Positions 36,386-49,147 are shown, numbered from the whole stretch's first letter. The stretch is DNA of 59,134 bases, filler included, from Sphacelaria rigidula (GCA_964200075.2; 5 parts of 5 records of this genome joined end to end with filler, not necessarily neighbours in it), one strand, 5' to 3'. The notes: a model not told the origin generated them from the sequence alone. Made by a program: numbers and translations.

Positions 36386-37546
36386 GACCGGGGGACGGGT
36401 CAAATAAAAATGTGACAGAAAAAAAAAAATGTATGAGTTATCCTACCATGAAGGGGGGGGGGGGGGGGGGGGGGGGAGAGAGATGGTGTGGTGGTGTGGT
36501 GTTTGNNNNNNNNNNGGAGGGGGGGAGGAGGTGGGGGGGGGCGGGTGGGGGCGATGTGTACGGGGCAGGGGCGGTGCGATGCAGGCCGCGAAAAAAGAGG
36601 CTCGTGGGTGTGTGTCAGACGACTTGCCAAACTCGCGGTGCGCTTCTATTTCGTTTAAAACGGTGTCAAGCAGTATGAATGAGCGTTCTTTATCTTTAAC
36701 AAACTTGTTCGAACAACCGTTGCCGCTTTCAACGACGATTTGACCTGGTATTTCCTGGCCCGAAATTTCCCCCCCCGACCCCCCTATCGTAGGATGACTC
36801 GTCTGTCGACGACTCAAGTTCACGCTAGTACCACGACTGACGCGACAGGTCATAAATCGGGCTAGAAGCTGCCTCTGTGCACTTGTGTTTCTCCCCCACA
36901 TATATGTGGTGCTCACCTGCTGAGCTTTTCGCCCCGATTCTGATGTTTTTATTCGATTGCAATTTCAATGTACAGTACTGGTATGACACATATGTGGATG
37001 GCGTAGAACGCTCTCGACATTCTTGGCGTTCCGTGATATCGGTCCCCTAGATAGCATCCACGAAGATAATTTCTGATGGCCGGCGGTTTTTGCTCGCTGT
37101 CTGGTCTCAAGGAGGGACACACCACTCTCTCTATTTAGGATCATCTACCCATGTGTGCTCCGTACTGCATTCACGCACTCCGACTCTACATCAAGCACCC
37201 ATACAGCTCCCGCACTATTGTAGCCAGTGCTCCGTGAGATCATGATATTATTCTTAACTTTTTTTTGTAGTTTTTTTTTTTTTTCTGGGCGCATTTCTAA
37301 GGGGTGGGGAGAAACGATATACTGTATATACATACGAGTAGTGGGAATTGGCGAAAGATTCTCAGGAGGAGAAGGGGCTGTACTATTCGCGTTGTGTGTT
37401 TCGTCTCTAGTTGTTTTCCTTCTCTTTGGGGAGGCGGAACTTTTGAGACGAAGTAAAAACTATGGGAAAAAATACATTTTCCTCCTTATGTTTTGTATAA
37501 TTGTGTGTAGTCACTGTTCTGTTATTTTTGCGCCTCTACGGTTTAG

Positions 37547-37640
37547 GGTTGCTCTGTCCAACGGCTCCGGACACGAGGATGTTGGAAACGCTCATCTCAA
37601 GGACAGGGACAAGGGCGAGGTTATCGAAAGGGCGAAAAAG
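37547..37640 (+). CDS. RAD52: RAD52 exon (HEDVG motif)
   Basis: TTTAG acceptor, AAG|GTGAAA donor; 1+93 nt. Confidence 0.9.
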
Positions 37641-37879
37641 GTGAAAATAGAATAATATGGTACTGATAACAAGGGCAACGGCAGCAAGAATTATGCTGTT
37701 TTCGCAAGTTTTTAAAGTAAATCGTATGCTAGGCAAAATATGCTATTTTCCCCTTCTGCATATCGCCGCGGCCTGCGCACGGTATGACTCATTTTTATTT
37801 CTGAATGAGATGAGGACGAAGATACAAGGCTTTTTGTCCTCGTGATTGCTTCTTGCCTTCTTCTCCTCTCATCGTGCGA

Positions 37880-37921
<42 letters not shown>

Positions 37922-39541
37922 CGGCGAGACGCCACCCTGGTATTTCGTTACACCACCCTAGTAGTGCGGTTGAAAATCACCCTTTGTAGCCACTCCGACC
38001 TACTGTACTTGGTGTTTTCAAGTCGTTGCACCATTGTTAATAGCAGGGCTCTTTACATTAAACGTCAGAAAGTTCGTTACACGTCGCAACTTGACGTTGC
38101 ACATCACAAATTTCGGTACACGCGGAGCTCGGTGTAAAGTCAAGTCAAATCAAATCAAGTCTCGGGCCTGGCTAGTAAGTACTACGGTGGGGGACAACGT
38201 AGGCCTCCACCGCAATATTATCCAGGCTTGACTTGTGACGTGTATGTTAAAGAGCCCTGGTTAATAGTCCCCGCATAATGCGAGGTCCCGATATATTGCG
38301 GTCGATTATGCCGGGGTTGTCAACCACTGTGACCTCGTAAACACGATGGTAACACGGGATTTTACAAGATTGAGAACTTTTTTTCCCCCGTAAAGATGGA
38401 CCTTGGGTATCTTGATAAGCGTCGAAATGGTTTCGGCAAAAAGATATGAATGCATTCACTATCCGGCCATGATGTGTGGCCTTTGCTCATCCAAAGAAAA
38501 CAAACCCATCCGCAATTTGTCAAATGCCGTGTTCACAGAAGATTCTGACATCCAACAGTTTTCTTGTACGGGAATGAACAGAGGTAGAAATTGTTCGGTA
38601 TAAACACGGGGATTTTTTACAAAGCGAGGATGAATTCTTTTGAGGATAAGCAAGACCGCGCATCACGACCGGAGAGAGCATATTTGCATGTTTATTTCGA
38701 AAATATTTCAATGCTCACCAAGGCGTCCCAGGTTTATTCTAAAAAAAAAATCCGTCCTCAATTTGTAAAATCTTGTGTCCGGTATACTCTAAAACGAAAC
38801 GGTAAAATATTGTGTTCGGTATACTCCTAGTAATAAGGATCTTTCGGAAAACCAACTCATCTTCTGGATACATGCCATGGCGGCTTTTATTATAGTACCC
38901 CCAACCCGTCGCCGAAGATCCCGTGGTTGGAACAAACCTGTTTTTTTTGTCAATGACCCGACGAAGGCTAGCCGTCATCATCCAAACCCGAAGACCAGGC
39001 ACACCCGAGGCAACGCTTGGCAGAGTGTGCGATGGCAGACCTATGAATTAAAACGACGCTGCGGGCTGCGCCGACATATTGTCAACCTTCCTGAAGATCC
39101 GAATATTCAGGGTCCACACTGAAAACAAGTATGTTTTAACCATGGAATTTTGGCGACAGGTTCCCATGAAATCTCTCACGTACTGAACACTCGCTGTGGC
39201 GAGGGCACGTGGTCCGTTTTACGCTCCACGGGTGGACATTTTTTGTTGGCTACTCTGCCGCTTGTTTGCTGTAAGTTAGTGTAAATACAAGACGACGACT
39301 ATCAGTGGGCTGCTATTCAGGCAACTGAATTGGGCTCGAACCAGCCTTGCTAACCCTGTGCTACGCATGTACGCCCCGCAGCTGCGGACGCGATAGCTAT
39401 GCGAAGGTAGAGCGGTCTAAAGAGCTGTTTGTTTGTATCGATGTCGCTTTTGTTTTTGTTGCGCGGAGGCCTTTGTTTTATTTCTTGTCTTTTTCAATGT
39501 TTTATCAGTGACGAGCTACTCCTTCAGGTACATGCTCTTTG

Positions 39542-39577
<36 letters not shown>

Positions 39578-42500
39578 ACCGTCTCTTTTTTTTTTTCACA
39601 AGTTTTTCTGTTGACTTGCGGAGACAAAGGGTTGAGTACGGCCGTCTCTATCTATGTATGAAGGAGTACACGAAAGCGTTGTGTTGATCACGCGAATGAA
39701 ATGAACGGAATCGTTCGTTTTCGCCGGCCATGTCCGCACCTACCTACCCACCTACCTACCTACCTACCTACCCAGTAGGGTTGAAAAGGATTCAAAGGCA
39801 TCGTCTGCGCTAGCGCAGACGAGAGCCGGAGGCGATATGCACCCCCCGTAGGGCCCCCCGGAGGATGCCGCCTGTGTAGGGCCGCCCCCCGCCTAAAGGC
39901 GGTTGGAGGCGGAGAACATGTGTTTTTTTTTTCCCCGTTAGGATGCGTCTTATAGACTGAAGAAAAAACTCTCTGAGAACTGCCCTTGTGAACCTTTCAT
40001 CACGGATTATTGGCGGAATACGGGCCTGGGCAGATTTGGCCTCCTCGGAAAGATTTGCTGTACGTTTCATGAGGATTCTAGCGCACTTGTCCGATTGTTT
40101 GTACGCCCAGTTTTACTTTTAATCGGATCCCGACATTTTTTAGTCGCCCCCAAAGATATTTTTCTCCCGACAACTGTACGATGCTAGGGGCGACTAAAAA
40201 ATGTCAGGATCCGGTTAAAAGTAAAACTGGGCGTACCAACAATCGGACAAGTGCGCTAGAATCCTCATGAAACGTATAGCAAATTTTTCCGAGAAGGCCA
40301 AATCCGCCAACGCCCATATTCAGCCAACAATCCGTGATGAAATGTTCGAACGGGCAGTTCTCAGAGAGATTTTTTTTCAGTCTAAAAGAAGCGGCCTCAA
40401 CATCCGCCAAAAATCGATCAAAATATGTGTTGTATTTCTTCCCGTCAAGATAGGCCGAGTTGATGAGGACTATGAGTTGTATTTACTTATTGGTTGCCTT
40501 CAAGATACGTCTCAAATTGATTTTTGTCTGCCGGTGAAAAAAACACCAGGCATTTTTTTTATTAACTTCCTGCCTGTTGTAAAAAAAATGCGATCCATAA
40601 TATACATTGCAGCAAGGAGCAAATAGCTCTCCAAAAAAATCCACGCTGCCACAGATGCGCAGACGCTTAAAAAAAATACTACCCACCTCACCTAATTTAA
40701 TTGTGTGTGTTTTTTTGCCTGCGTGGTGATCGGGACGTACGTGACGAACAAGCAGGCGGCGGTGACGGACGCCACAAAGCGAGCGCTGCGCTTGTTTGGA
40801 ACGCACCTGGGGGGCAACATGGCTGACAAGGAGGTATTTCAGTAGTTACCGAGGCAAAAAGAGAGATGCTGGTATTGCAATGACATAATGAGCCGCCCCA
40901 CTTTCGGGGAGGGGGACGCGACAAATTTGCTGACGGATTCAGAGGAGAGCTTCTTGCCAAATGGTCGGAAACAATGGTTAGTTCTGTTAGAATTGTAGAT
41001 GAGATGCCGCCGACCCTAACGCTAACCCTAACTCTAATCCAGACTAAGGTGTGAGGGAACACTCAGGCACAATGGGTGAAGAGGGTGTCCTAGGCAAGGT
41101 GTGCGTGGGCAGACCTCAAATCGACGCTGCAGGCTCCGATTTTGGACACAAACACGTTCTGGACGAGCTAGGAACACCTGCGACTGTCAGCCCCACTTGA
41201 GATCCGAACATCGGGGTAGACCCTGAAATCAAGTAATTTCTGGTAACCGCTGTTGTTCCCGGCCATTTGGTAATCTCTGTTGATCCAGAGGGCGTCGTGT
41301 GGTGTAGAGTGATGTAGTGTACATTGGCACACGCTTGTGTACAGCAGAGGGTGTATTTTCGCCGGATGAACATTTTTTTTTTTTCACCCTTGGACTGCGA
41401 GAGAGTAGGTCATCCGTTGAATCGGCATCAATTTCACTCGAAAAAAAGTACGTGTGATCCAGATGGACTACCCTCGCGGTCCAAGGGTTAAAGGGTCAGC
41501 AACACGTTGTTGTTAGATGTCGACATCGAGATTACTCCAAGTTTCTCTTGTTGACTGTCTCAAGTCACATCTCCAAGGGTCAGTTTTCTGAGGCAGTTTC
41601 TTGGTCGAGCGCCCCCCTCCGTTGTTGCTGTTAACCAACCACACGCAAGGTAATTAGTACGCTTCGGGCCGAACAACGTTAATAGAGTATAGCTTACCCT
41701 TCATGAGACTCGTCGGTCGGGCACATCACGGCGCTCCGCGCTTAGTGACTGTGAGCGTGGTCCAGGCGAAAGTCCGGCGTGCTCCGTCCCGGCTTTGTAG
41801 AGATGTAAGGCTAATGCCCTTTTGACTATAGCATGCAAAAAATCGTGAGTACAGTCCTGCCCCCCCACCCCCGGCCCCCGCCCGGAGCCCGCCTCCACCC
41901 GCCCACCCCCNNNNNNNNNNAAGCTAAATGCCCTCTTGTTTCTAGAAAAAAAAAAAATCTGAGCCCCCCCCCCCCCCCCCCCCCCCCCTCCGCTCTATAC
42001 CATCTGACTATGGCATGCATGATCATGAGTACACCCTCCCATCTAAAGACATGAATGTATTGCTGTTTTGTTGCTGTTTCTCATCGAGGTTTGACGGTGT
42101 CTGACAGCTAGCTGAGCATACAACAATGATACTTACAACTTTTTTTATACCATGACTATATGTCTGTAGCTACGTGGTGTACGCATATACTGAGCAATGC
42201 CAAAAGTGTACTCGCTTCCTGCTTCCTGTGCGGGTTGTGGGTCATTGGTCCCTGGGTTACGCCATGTCTGAAATCTGCGGGCTGGAACGAGCGATATCTT
42301 TCCCAGCGTTTTCGATATATTGAGTCTTGAGCCGTGTCTTATCGAGGCCAAAAAAAAGCATACCGGGGAACAAGCGTCCAAATGAGCATCTTGACTGATC
42401 GCCGGGCGGGTCAATGGTTGCGGCGACTAATCAACATGCTGCTTTTGAACGCTTGTTCCTTTTCACGCTTGCTTTTTTTTGTGTTTGTCTCGATAAGGCG

Positions 42501-43165
42501 CGGCCTTACTCCTGGCTACCATGCTTGACCAGTCTACCACACACACAATTTCACTTGTTAAACCCTCCCTATCGCATGGCATGGATTCCTCTTCAGTTTT
42601 GACTTTGACGCTTCGACCGCGAGAGTAGTCCATCAGGATGGTTCATGCATACTTTTTTTTCAAGTGGAATTAATGCCGATTCAGCAGATGACCTCCTCTC
42701 ACCGACAAAGGATCATCCCCCCGGGATGGAGACGAAAGTGACGCGGCGATTTATTTACAACACGCCTAGTTGCTGGGTAAACCCACTGTGTTCGTGGAGA
42801 ATGTCGCAACTGTAAGGGTACAACCTGATTTGTTCCTTGTTGGAGACCGGATCTCACGACCAAAAACAGTAAGTCTGTTGGAGAGTGGTCGTTAGCAGGT
42901 GACGGGGCGATGTCTGTAAGAAGCTACGTAGTGTGTGTGAGTACCACTGTCTGCTCTAAGGTTCCATTTGCAGTATGCCGTTGATATCACCGCTGAAGTC
43001 GTTCCTCCACATGATCACATCACAGGGCCTGACGGACATTGAGCGCGCCCACAAGCAGAGCGTGCGGGCAAAAGCGTCGCATCAACGGGAGACGGCCGAG
43101 ACGGCCGCACGACAGCGACAACAAGTGCAGCCGCAACAGCAACAGCAACAACAACAACAGCAACA

Positions 43166-43205
<40 letters not shown>

Positions 43206-43693
43206 AAACCACAAAAACCACCGGCAAAAGAACAGGCGCCACTGGCTGCCCGACCGTCCCCTTCATCCACTTCGATGGTCGGCCCTCGCCCGGACACTAC
43301 TGCAGAAAGCACGGCCGAAGATATGCCTCAGGCGGTAGTAAGCTCAAGCAATAACCACGGTCGGAAACCGCCGGGACATAATCCGTCGCCGCAAACGGTA
43401 GTTGGTGTACCACCGCCACCGTCATCGTCGATGCACGGGCCACAGCAACAGAATGCGCGACCGAGCACGCCGTCCGGGAGGACCGACCACGCTGCACTTG
43501 TGGCTGCCGGTGCGCGTCAGCAACAAGCTGCGCCACAACAGTCTAGACAGCAACAACCATTGCATCAGCATCAGCAGCAGCAGCAGCAGCCGACACGTTT
43601 ACAGCAGCACACAAAACAGAAGCAGCCGCAACCGCGAATACATAACAACACAAATCAGGCGATGCGAGCGGGCCAACCAGGCCCACCGCAAGG

Positions 43694-43729
<36 letters not shown>

Positions 43730-45113
43730 ACAACAACAACAACAACAACAACATACACCAGAATCCAGATGTCGCACCTTTCCCGCCCCCGCCCCTGTCA
43801 CCATGACTACCGCTGGCTCTCCCCGTTCCCGCCCTTGGGAAAATCGGAAACAGCACTCGCCCGGAATCGGAGCCGTACCACCGGCGAGTCTCGCGTCATC
43901 TGCCAACGGTGGCGGCGGAATCACGAGCGACGCGCCGGATGCCACTGCCCTCACGTCACCGGCACATCACCGTCGTCACGGGCGCACCCTCCAAGAATCA
44001 ACATCTCGTGCCAATACCAATCAAGCTATGAGCACAAGTCCTTCAAATTCTACCGCGGGCGCCGCCCGACAAGACCGGTATCATAGTCTGGACGGGGGCG
44101 TGGAGGAAGCACGCGGCGGTGTCGGCGGCGGCGGCGGCGGTGAGGGTGGCGGAGGCTTGGTGGGAGTGACGTGCAATCATAGCCCTGCATTCGATTACTC
44201 CGCCAGCGGCGGCGGCGGGGCGGCGCACGTTGGACCGACGGCGGGATCTACCGCGGCTGCGGGCTCCATGTACCAAGGGGAGGTGCTTGATGAGTTCAGC
44301 GGACTATCCCAGGTTTGTGCTACTGTGCTCCGGATACATGAGCTGAGATGCTGTGGGTACTCGATTGAGGTACCCGTCACTGGTTTTTCTTGTTCGTGTT
44401 GCTGCCAGGGCCTGTCTCACCCTTGCCGCCATGTACGTTATAAGAGGGGTTTTGACCTCGACTCAACTTTTCTTACATGGTCTTTCAGTCTCGCGTCCTG
44501 TTGTGCGCCCCCCCCCCCCTCCCCCCCTGCTTGCGCCAACGTTTCCGCTTCTTGTGTGCCCCAGCTCGGTCTCGAGTGCTCGTTGTCGTTTAAAGGCATA
44601 CTACTGCAGTGATTTTAAACGTCAAAGAGGACCACGAACGTGGAAACCTCGACGCATACACCACGTAATACTGTACGTATAGCAGTCCTGCAGTGGCAGT
44701 AGTAATAGTAGTAGTAGTAATAGTAGTGGTGGTGGTGGCAGTAGGTGGTGGTGGTGATGGTCGCGACAGGTCTTCACTGCATGCTAAAGCTGCAACATCT
44801 ACTTTCATTCTCACCAAGCACCTGTGTTTCGTTTTTTCAATTTCCCTCCCGTCCTTCGCTTTTGTGATGAAAATCTGTGGACAACGTACAGTGCCCGGAT
44901 TTCGAGTCGGCCTGCATGGAGATCGACTCGGCCATCCTGCGACACACCACGTCCCTTTCGGGAGGATCAGACGAAGCGGAAGCTGACATTGTTCATGGTG
45001 ACGGCGGTTGCGGCGGAAGTACTGGCGCTGGGCAGGTAGTGGCGGTGGGAGGTGGAGTTGCAACACTCCCCGACACGGGGCAGACTAGGGGAAACAAGCG
45101 ATTGCGGATGTAG
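37547..45113 (+). CDS. RAD52: RAD52-family DNA repair/single-strand annealing protein, 3' four exons join(37547-37640,40756-40833,43026-44312,44892-45113); 5' exons not found on the contig
   Basis: Spliced VALSNGSGHEDVGNAHLKDRDKGEVIERAKK|AAVTDATKRALRLFGTHLGGNMADKE matches the Rad52/Rad22 signature (V.LKDG..HEDVG.G...E.A.K.AVTD..KRALR.FG..LG...DK); all junctions are GT-AG and phase-compatible. Confidence 0.9.
37879..37921. repeat. (TGT)n microsatellite, intronic
   Basis: Direct reading. Confidence 0.95.
39937..40401. repeat. Long inverted repeat, ~214-bp arms, 36-bp spacer (40151-40186)
   Basis: ...CCCGACATTTTTTAGTCGCCCC | spacer | GGGGCGACTAAAAAATGTCAGG...; mirrored ORFs 39810-40070(-) and 40267-40626(+). 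Confidence 0.93.
40756..40833 (+). CDS. RAD52: RAD52 exon (AVTDATKRALRLFG motif)
   Basis: AGCAG acceptor, GAG|GTATTT donor; 78 nt, phase 0/0. Confidence 0.9.
40957..41240 (-). repeat. Dispersed repeat with TTAGGG-like array, same family as 5803-6088
   Basis: CCCTAACGCTAACCCTAACTCTAA plus shared flanks (CGATTTTGGACACAAACACGTT). Confidence 0.6.
41387..41487. mobile_element. piggyBac-type MITE (~100 bp)
   Basis: TTCA|CCCTTGGACTGCGAG...CTCGCGGTCCAAGGG|TTAA. Confidence 0.8.
41655..41870 (+). mobile_element. Family B retroposon, 5'-truncated
   Basis: GCTTCGGGCCGAA...GGCGTGCTCCGTCCCGGCTTTGTAG...GTGAGTAC then a C-tract; matches 9297-9497. Confidence 0.65.
42609..42712. mobile_element. piggyBac-type MITE, diverged, reverse orientation
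   Basis: Reverse-complement similarity to the 41387 and 58589 copies. Confidence 0.6.
43026..44312 (+). CDS. RAD52: RAD52 large exon, polyQ and P/S/G-rich disordered region (429 codons)
   Basis: CACAG acceptor, CAG|GTTTGT donor; core of the 545-aa ORF 42975-44612; in phase with both neighbours. Confidence 0.8.
44892..45113 (+). CDS. RAD52: RAD52 probable last exon (CPDFESACMEIDSAIL...GNKRLRM*)
   Basis: TACAG acceptor, phase 0, ends in a basic NLS-like KRLR and TAG. Confidence 0.7.
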   Translation, partial: CPDFESACMEIDSAILRHTTSLSGGSDEAEADIVHGDGGCGGSTGAGQVVAVGGGVATLPDTGQTRGNKRLRM

Positions 45114-46088
45114 GATCCTTGATTGTAGCTACATGGAAATATGCGTGACGGACATTTACTAGTTTGCTGTGTTGCGCCTCTCCCCCTACTGTACGCGGTG
45201 AAACCGATTTCTAGTGTTTTTTTTGTGATTTCATATAGTGGTGGTAGACGGTGGGTATATTTTCAGTCTGGCCGAAGTTTTACGGCGTTGGACGAATGGC
45301 CGAACAAGAGAATACCTGTAAAAGTGTTGGCACGAGATGTGTTGCGTCGGTGGACAGACTTTTTGTGTACGCATAAGTCAATGGAGGGTAGTGGGTTGTA
45401 CGCACTGGTAGGATTTAGCGGTAGGGTGCGGATGTGGGGGTTAGAGTCTATCAAGGATCGGTTGCTTTACTCGAGTCAGTGTCGTGTTGCATTCCACGTT
45501 GTGCTTGTTTGGACCGGTAAAGCACGCACGAACCCAGCAACACGTTGGTCTCCCGCCAGACTTTGGGCAAGCACCTCACAACCTTTGGGTGCCGGACGGA
45601 GCTTCAATCGCCCAAACAAAGCGGTCCTCGTTTGGTGGAGGAGGTGGGGGGGGGGGGGGGGGGGGGGGGGGGATTGTTGATTGTTCACACGTTTTGTTGT
45701 CACCTTGCCGAATGATGCGGGGAGCAAAATGCTTCCTGTGGTGGAGGACCGCTTACTTTCTGTTGAGTCAACGGATCGGTAATTGAAAAGCCGTGTGCTG
45801 TAGACTAAGGTTCGGTGAGACCTAACCCCTTTACATATACCTTCATATAGTGTACTCATAGTAGTGCGGGGCTTGAGTCGTATAGCAGGAACTGGGGTGG
45901 CCGATTTTTTCGCTGTGCTTCCATGCCATGAATGAGCTATCTGTGCCTCGTCGCTTTGGCAGCGTTACCGAAGCCAGATCTTGGCATCGATTGTCTGATT
46001 TATGGATGTTTATATTGCTCAATCTGGGGAGATTCATCCGTAAACTGCTCTCAACACTTCTTTTCACCCCCACCCCCCGCCCCCCTCC

Positions 46089-46171
46089 TTTTTTTTGTCG
46101 CACTTTGAAGTCCTCCCCTTCCTCGGGGCGAGTCCGTGATCTCAAGGAATCAACCCGTCTCTGGCCTGTAC
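46089..46171 (-). mobile_element. 3' fragment of the tRNA-derived SINE
   Basis: T-run then GTCGCACTTTGAA...CCTCGGGGCGAGTCCGTGATCTCAAGG. Confidence 0.75.
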
Positions 46172-47288
46172 CTCGGGGTGCAAAATGTCTGGGAAGCACT
46201 GAACAAAATGAACTAGGAGATGACATATTTTACCTTCCCCCCTCCTCCCCCTTTGGCCTCAAGAAATGCTCGACACATTGGCCAAAATAAGCATCCTGAA
46301 GGCCTTTGCGAGCAGCTATATTAGCTGAACTGATCTCTTCTCACCACTTTTTTTCTTTGCCCGCCCGATCCACCACACGAGTTTAATCTTATTGACTCTC
46401 AATTTCAAGTCGCACAGATCCTTCGAACACATTCTACGTCCTACCTTTGCTTCGAGTTCACTAACATTCTCTCAACATGTGTTCCAATATCGGTTTTTCA
46501 TAGATCGGACTCCGTCTGGTAGCTTCACTGCTGGTATTCAGGCTATCCACCCCCCATTCATGACCACATATACCACCTCCTGTAAAAATCGGAAATCTAA
46601 GTGGAAATATCTACTCTCGTTTTGCCGTCACGGTCGAGGTAAGGTGAAAACAAAACTGACGTGTTGCACGGTTAACAAACTTTTCGCCAGATTGGGTATG
46701 TCTAGCATTTAAATGAGAGTGTGGACGTTTTAAATTCCATCTTCGTTTAAAAAATGAAAACGATGCTGATTCTGCAACGGACATTCAGCGCGGGAGGTGT
46801 CCGTTTTGTGAATCGGTATCGTTTTCACTTGAAAAGTTACTGCGTGACCCACATTACCAACCCTGGCGGTCAAAGGGTTAACATGATGGACAGTCAGTCG
46901 TTGGATATCATCCAAATCAAACACCAACACACCATTCTTCGAAATCACGGCGGGTTAATACGCTAAACTCGCATTTAACGTATCCGAAAACAGATTTGTG
47001 AATTCCATGCCATCAGTATGTGCAAGGTACAATCGGAAGGACCTCAATGTACGTACAACTGCACGCTTATCAGATACAATGTTCCGATGGGTAATATCGT
47101 CTGAGATGACAAGTGTGGTGATTGATCATAGAACACTCTTGTTCCGGGTGAAACCATATGTATCTCGCTGCAGCTTGTGATGGCCTCCTCACAGACGAAT
47201 TTTCGAAGGCCCCCCGGGCCGCACGCGACCCGGCGCCCCAGCCGCGGCGCACGGTACCAGACCACAACGACAGGCTCCAGCGCGGGGT

Positions 47289-47388
47289 NNNNNNNNNNNN
47301 NNNNNNNNNNNNNNNNNNNNNNNNNNNNNNNNTTAATTAATTAANNNNNNNNNNNNNNNNNNNNNNNNNNNNNNNNNNNNNNNNNNNN
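47289..47388. other. Artificial contig-joining spacer
   Basis: Same 100-bp N/TTAATTAATTAA/N structure. Confidence 0.98.
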
Positions 47389-47455
47389 GCCGTCGCATTA
47401 TGTTCTGTTTCTCTTCCTAGGTCTGGGTTGCGCGCGCGCCCTGGCCCGCGGGGGG

Positions 47456-47491
<36 letters not shown>

Positions 47492-47961
47492 TCGAGGGCT
47501 AACTGGGTACGGGCGATTGGCAGAAGTACGGCGAAAGTTGGTCTTGGTTGACACAGCCGGATGAACAGTTTTTCTTTATAGTCTTCGTTTTCCTCCGGCC
47601 TGACATATTTGTACATGCATGACCGCAAATACCGTAGGATATCACGTGTCAGACCCGCACATGTCACACGATTCCCCTCCCCACCGTTGAATACCACCCC
47701 ATGTAATAAAATCTCGGTTATATTTTAGCAAAGCTTGAGAGCGCTTGAGGCGCCTATCCCACAGGACTGCCGCGAAGTAGCCTAGCCGAGCCCCCGGATG
47801 ATCGGCGCACGAACTCGCTGGCGGGGTAAGTGTTGGGTTAGGAAAAATAGATATTGTTCTTGTTTGGGGTGTTGATGTGGATGTGTTGAGACGGGCTCTT
47901 GGTTTTTGGTTGCTTTGCTTTTTTTGGTTACGGGCAGACGATATTATACAATGCTACAAGC

Positions 47962-48050
47962 GGTGGGGCTGTATTCATGATCATGCATGCCGTGGTCAGA
48001 TGGCTTTTGACCTCGCATCCTACAAAGCCGGGACGGAGTACGCCGGGTTA
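47962..48050 (-). mobile_element. Family B retroposon 3' fragment
   Basis: GTATTCATGATCATGCATGCCGTGGTCAGATGGCTTTTGACCTCGCATCCTACAAAGCCGGGACGGAG. Confidence 0.65.
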
Positions 48051-48059
48051 CGAACAACG

Positions 48060-48301
48060 CGAAGGTCGTCTGAAAATCACTTGCTTTTGATGTCGTTGAT
48101 TCGTACTCTACGAGTGAAATCCTTGAGCTTGCCTTTCAGTGTTGCACCCCAGGCACGCGCACCCTAGGCACGTGTATTAGCTAAAAAAATGCGTGGGGAA
48201 AGCTTCGTCCCGCGGTCAATTTTATTCTCTCTTTCGATCGATCAGGCCTCAGTAATGGCAGATTTGGTGCTTCGAACCAGCGATGATCCGTCCGACATTT
48301 G
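48060..48301. mobile_element. hAT-type MITE, diverged, reverse orientation
   Basis: Body similar to the 3926 family; flanks GAACAACG/AAACAATG (6/8). Confidence 0.6.
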
Positions 48302-49147
48302 AAACAATGAGGGGCTGGGGGTTGGGACGGTTGGGTCGGACGTTTTTTTTTTTTGGCCAAGGTCATAACAATATACCTAGTAAACCAAGCAGGCTCATGG
48401 CTCACTCCGTAGCCTTGCTGACCGCCTACTTGGCTCTGGCCTGTTCCCCCACCGCGTTAATGGTACGGTAATCGTAAACTAAATGTACTCGAAAGGGAAC
48501 TCGCGAGTGTGTACTACGGTACTGTAACGGGCCATGCGGTGCTCCAACGACAGTTTTTCAACTTCCTTCTGATTGGAGCATAGTTTCGCAGCAACAACAG
48601 TATACACCCCAGTGCTCTGCACGTTACGCAAACATGCCGCAAGAACAGAAGCAGACGCGAGAGTGCGTATTGCCTGCTGCCCACAGGCGTTGCTGACCAA
48701 CTGTGCTAAGCAGCCTTCTATCCTTGATCCTGATGCTGCTGTGTACATATCCGCTATAATAGTAACAGGTGTGGTGGACATACAAATGACAAGAACATCG
48801 CGGGAAGTCTCTTTGCAAACAAAAGTCCACACATTTAGCGCATGACGTGGGAGCAGTTTACTCGCGAACGTCAACAACCTGCTTCTACGTCGCTGATTGA
48901 ATCCTCTACGGTCATACGACGCACGGTAGAGCGATTTTCTTCTGCTGCTCCTGTAGTAAAACCAAATAAGGTGACGGTGTGGCCATGGAGTCTGTCTGTC
49001 TGCATTTCACAGGAGTGTTTGCAGCTCATGAGCACCCGCAGAGCAAGGTGAACAAGCTGAACTGTAGGCCGCAACGCGAGCCTTCTTGAATGTTTCTTCT
49101 TCGAAAGAAATAGCGAGAGAAGTCGACAAGCAAGGTCAGGAGCTTAC

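Noticed and set aside
36036..36916. Minus-strand ORFs as a gene nested in a RAD52 intron
   Set aside because: No consistent splice model or family motif; interrupted by a retroposon fragment and an N gap.
29222..37546. Upstream RAD52 exons in contig 3 or early contig 4
   Set aside because: No YIEG- or FGxNGW-like motifs found, and anything before 35543 is on a different contig.
39810..40626. Divergent paralogous ORF pair MKRTANLSEEAK/MKRIANFSEKAK
   Set aside because: By-product of the DNA inverted repeat; similarity ends with the arms.
42975..44612. 545-aa ORF as a stand-alone gene
   Set aside because: Its first 17 and last ~100 codons read through splice sites into intron; the core is a RAD52 exon.
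47447..47490. Poly(G) runs as specific G-quadruplex regulators
   Set aside because: Such runs are ubiquitous here, often next to N gaps, so lengths are unreliable and no specific function can be supported.
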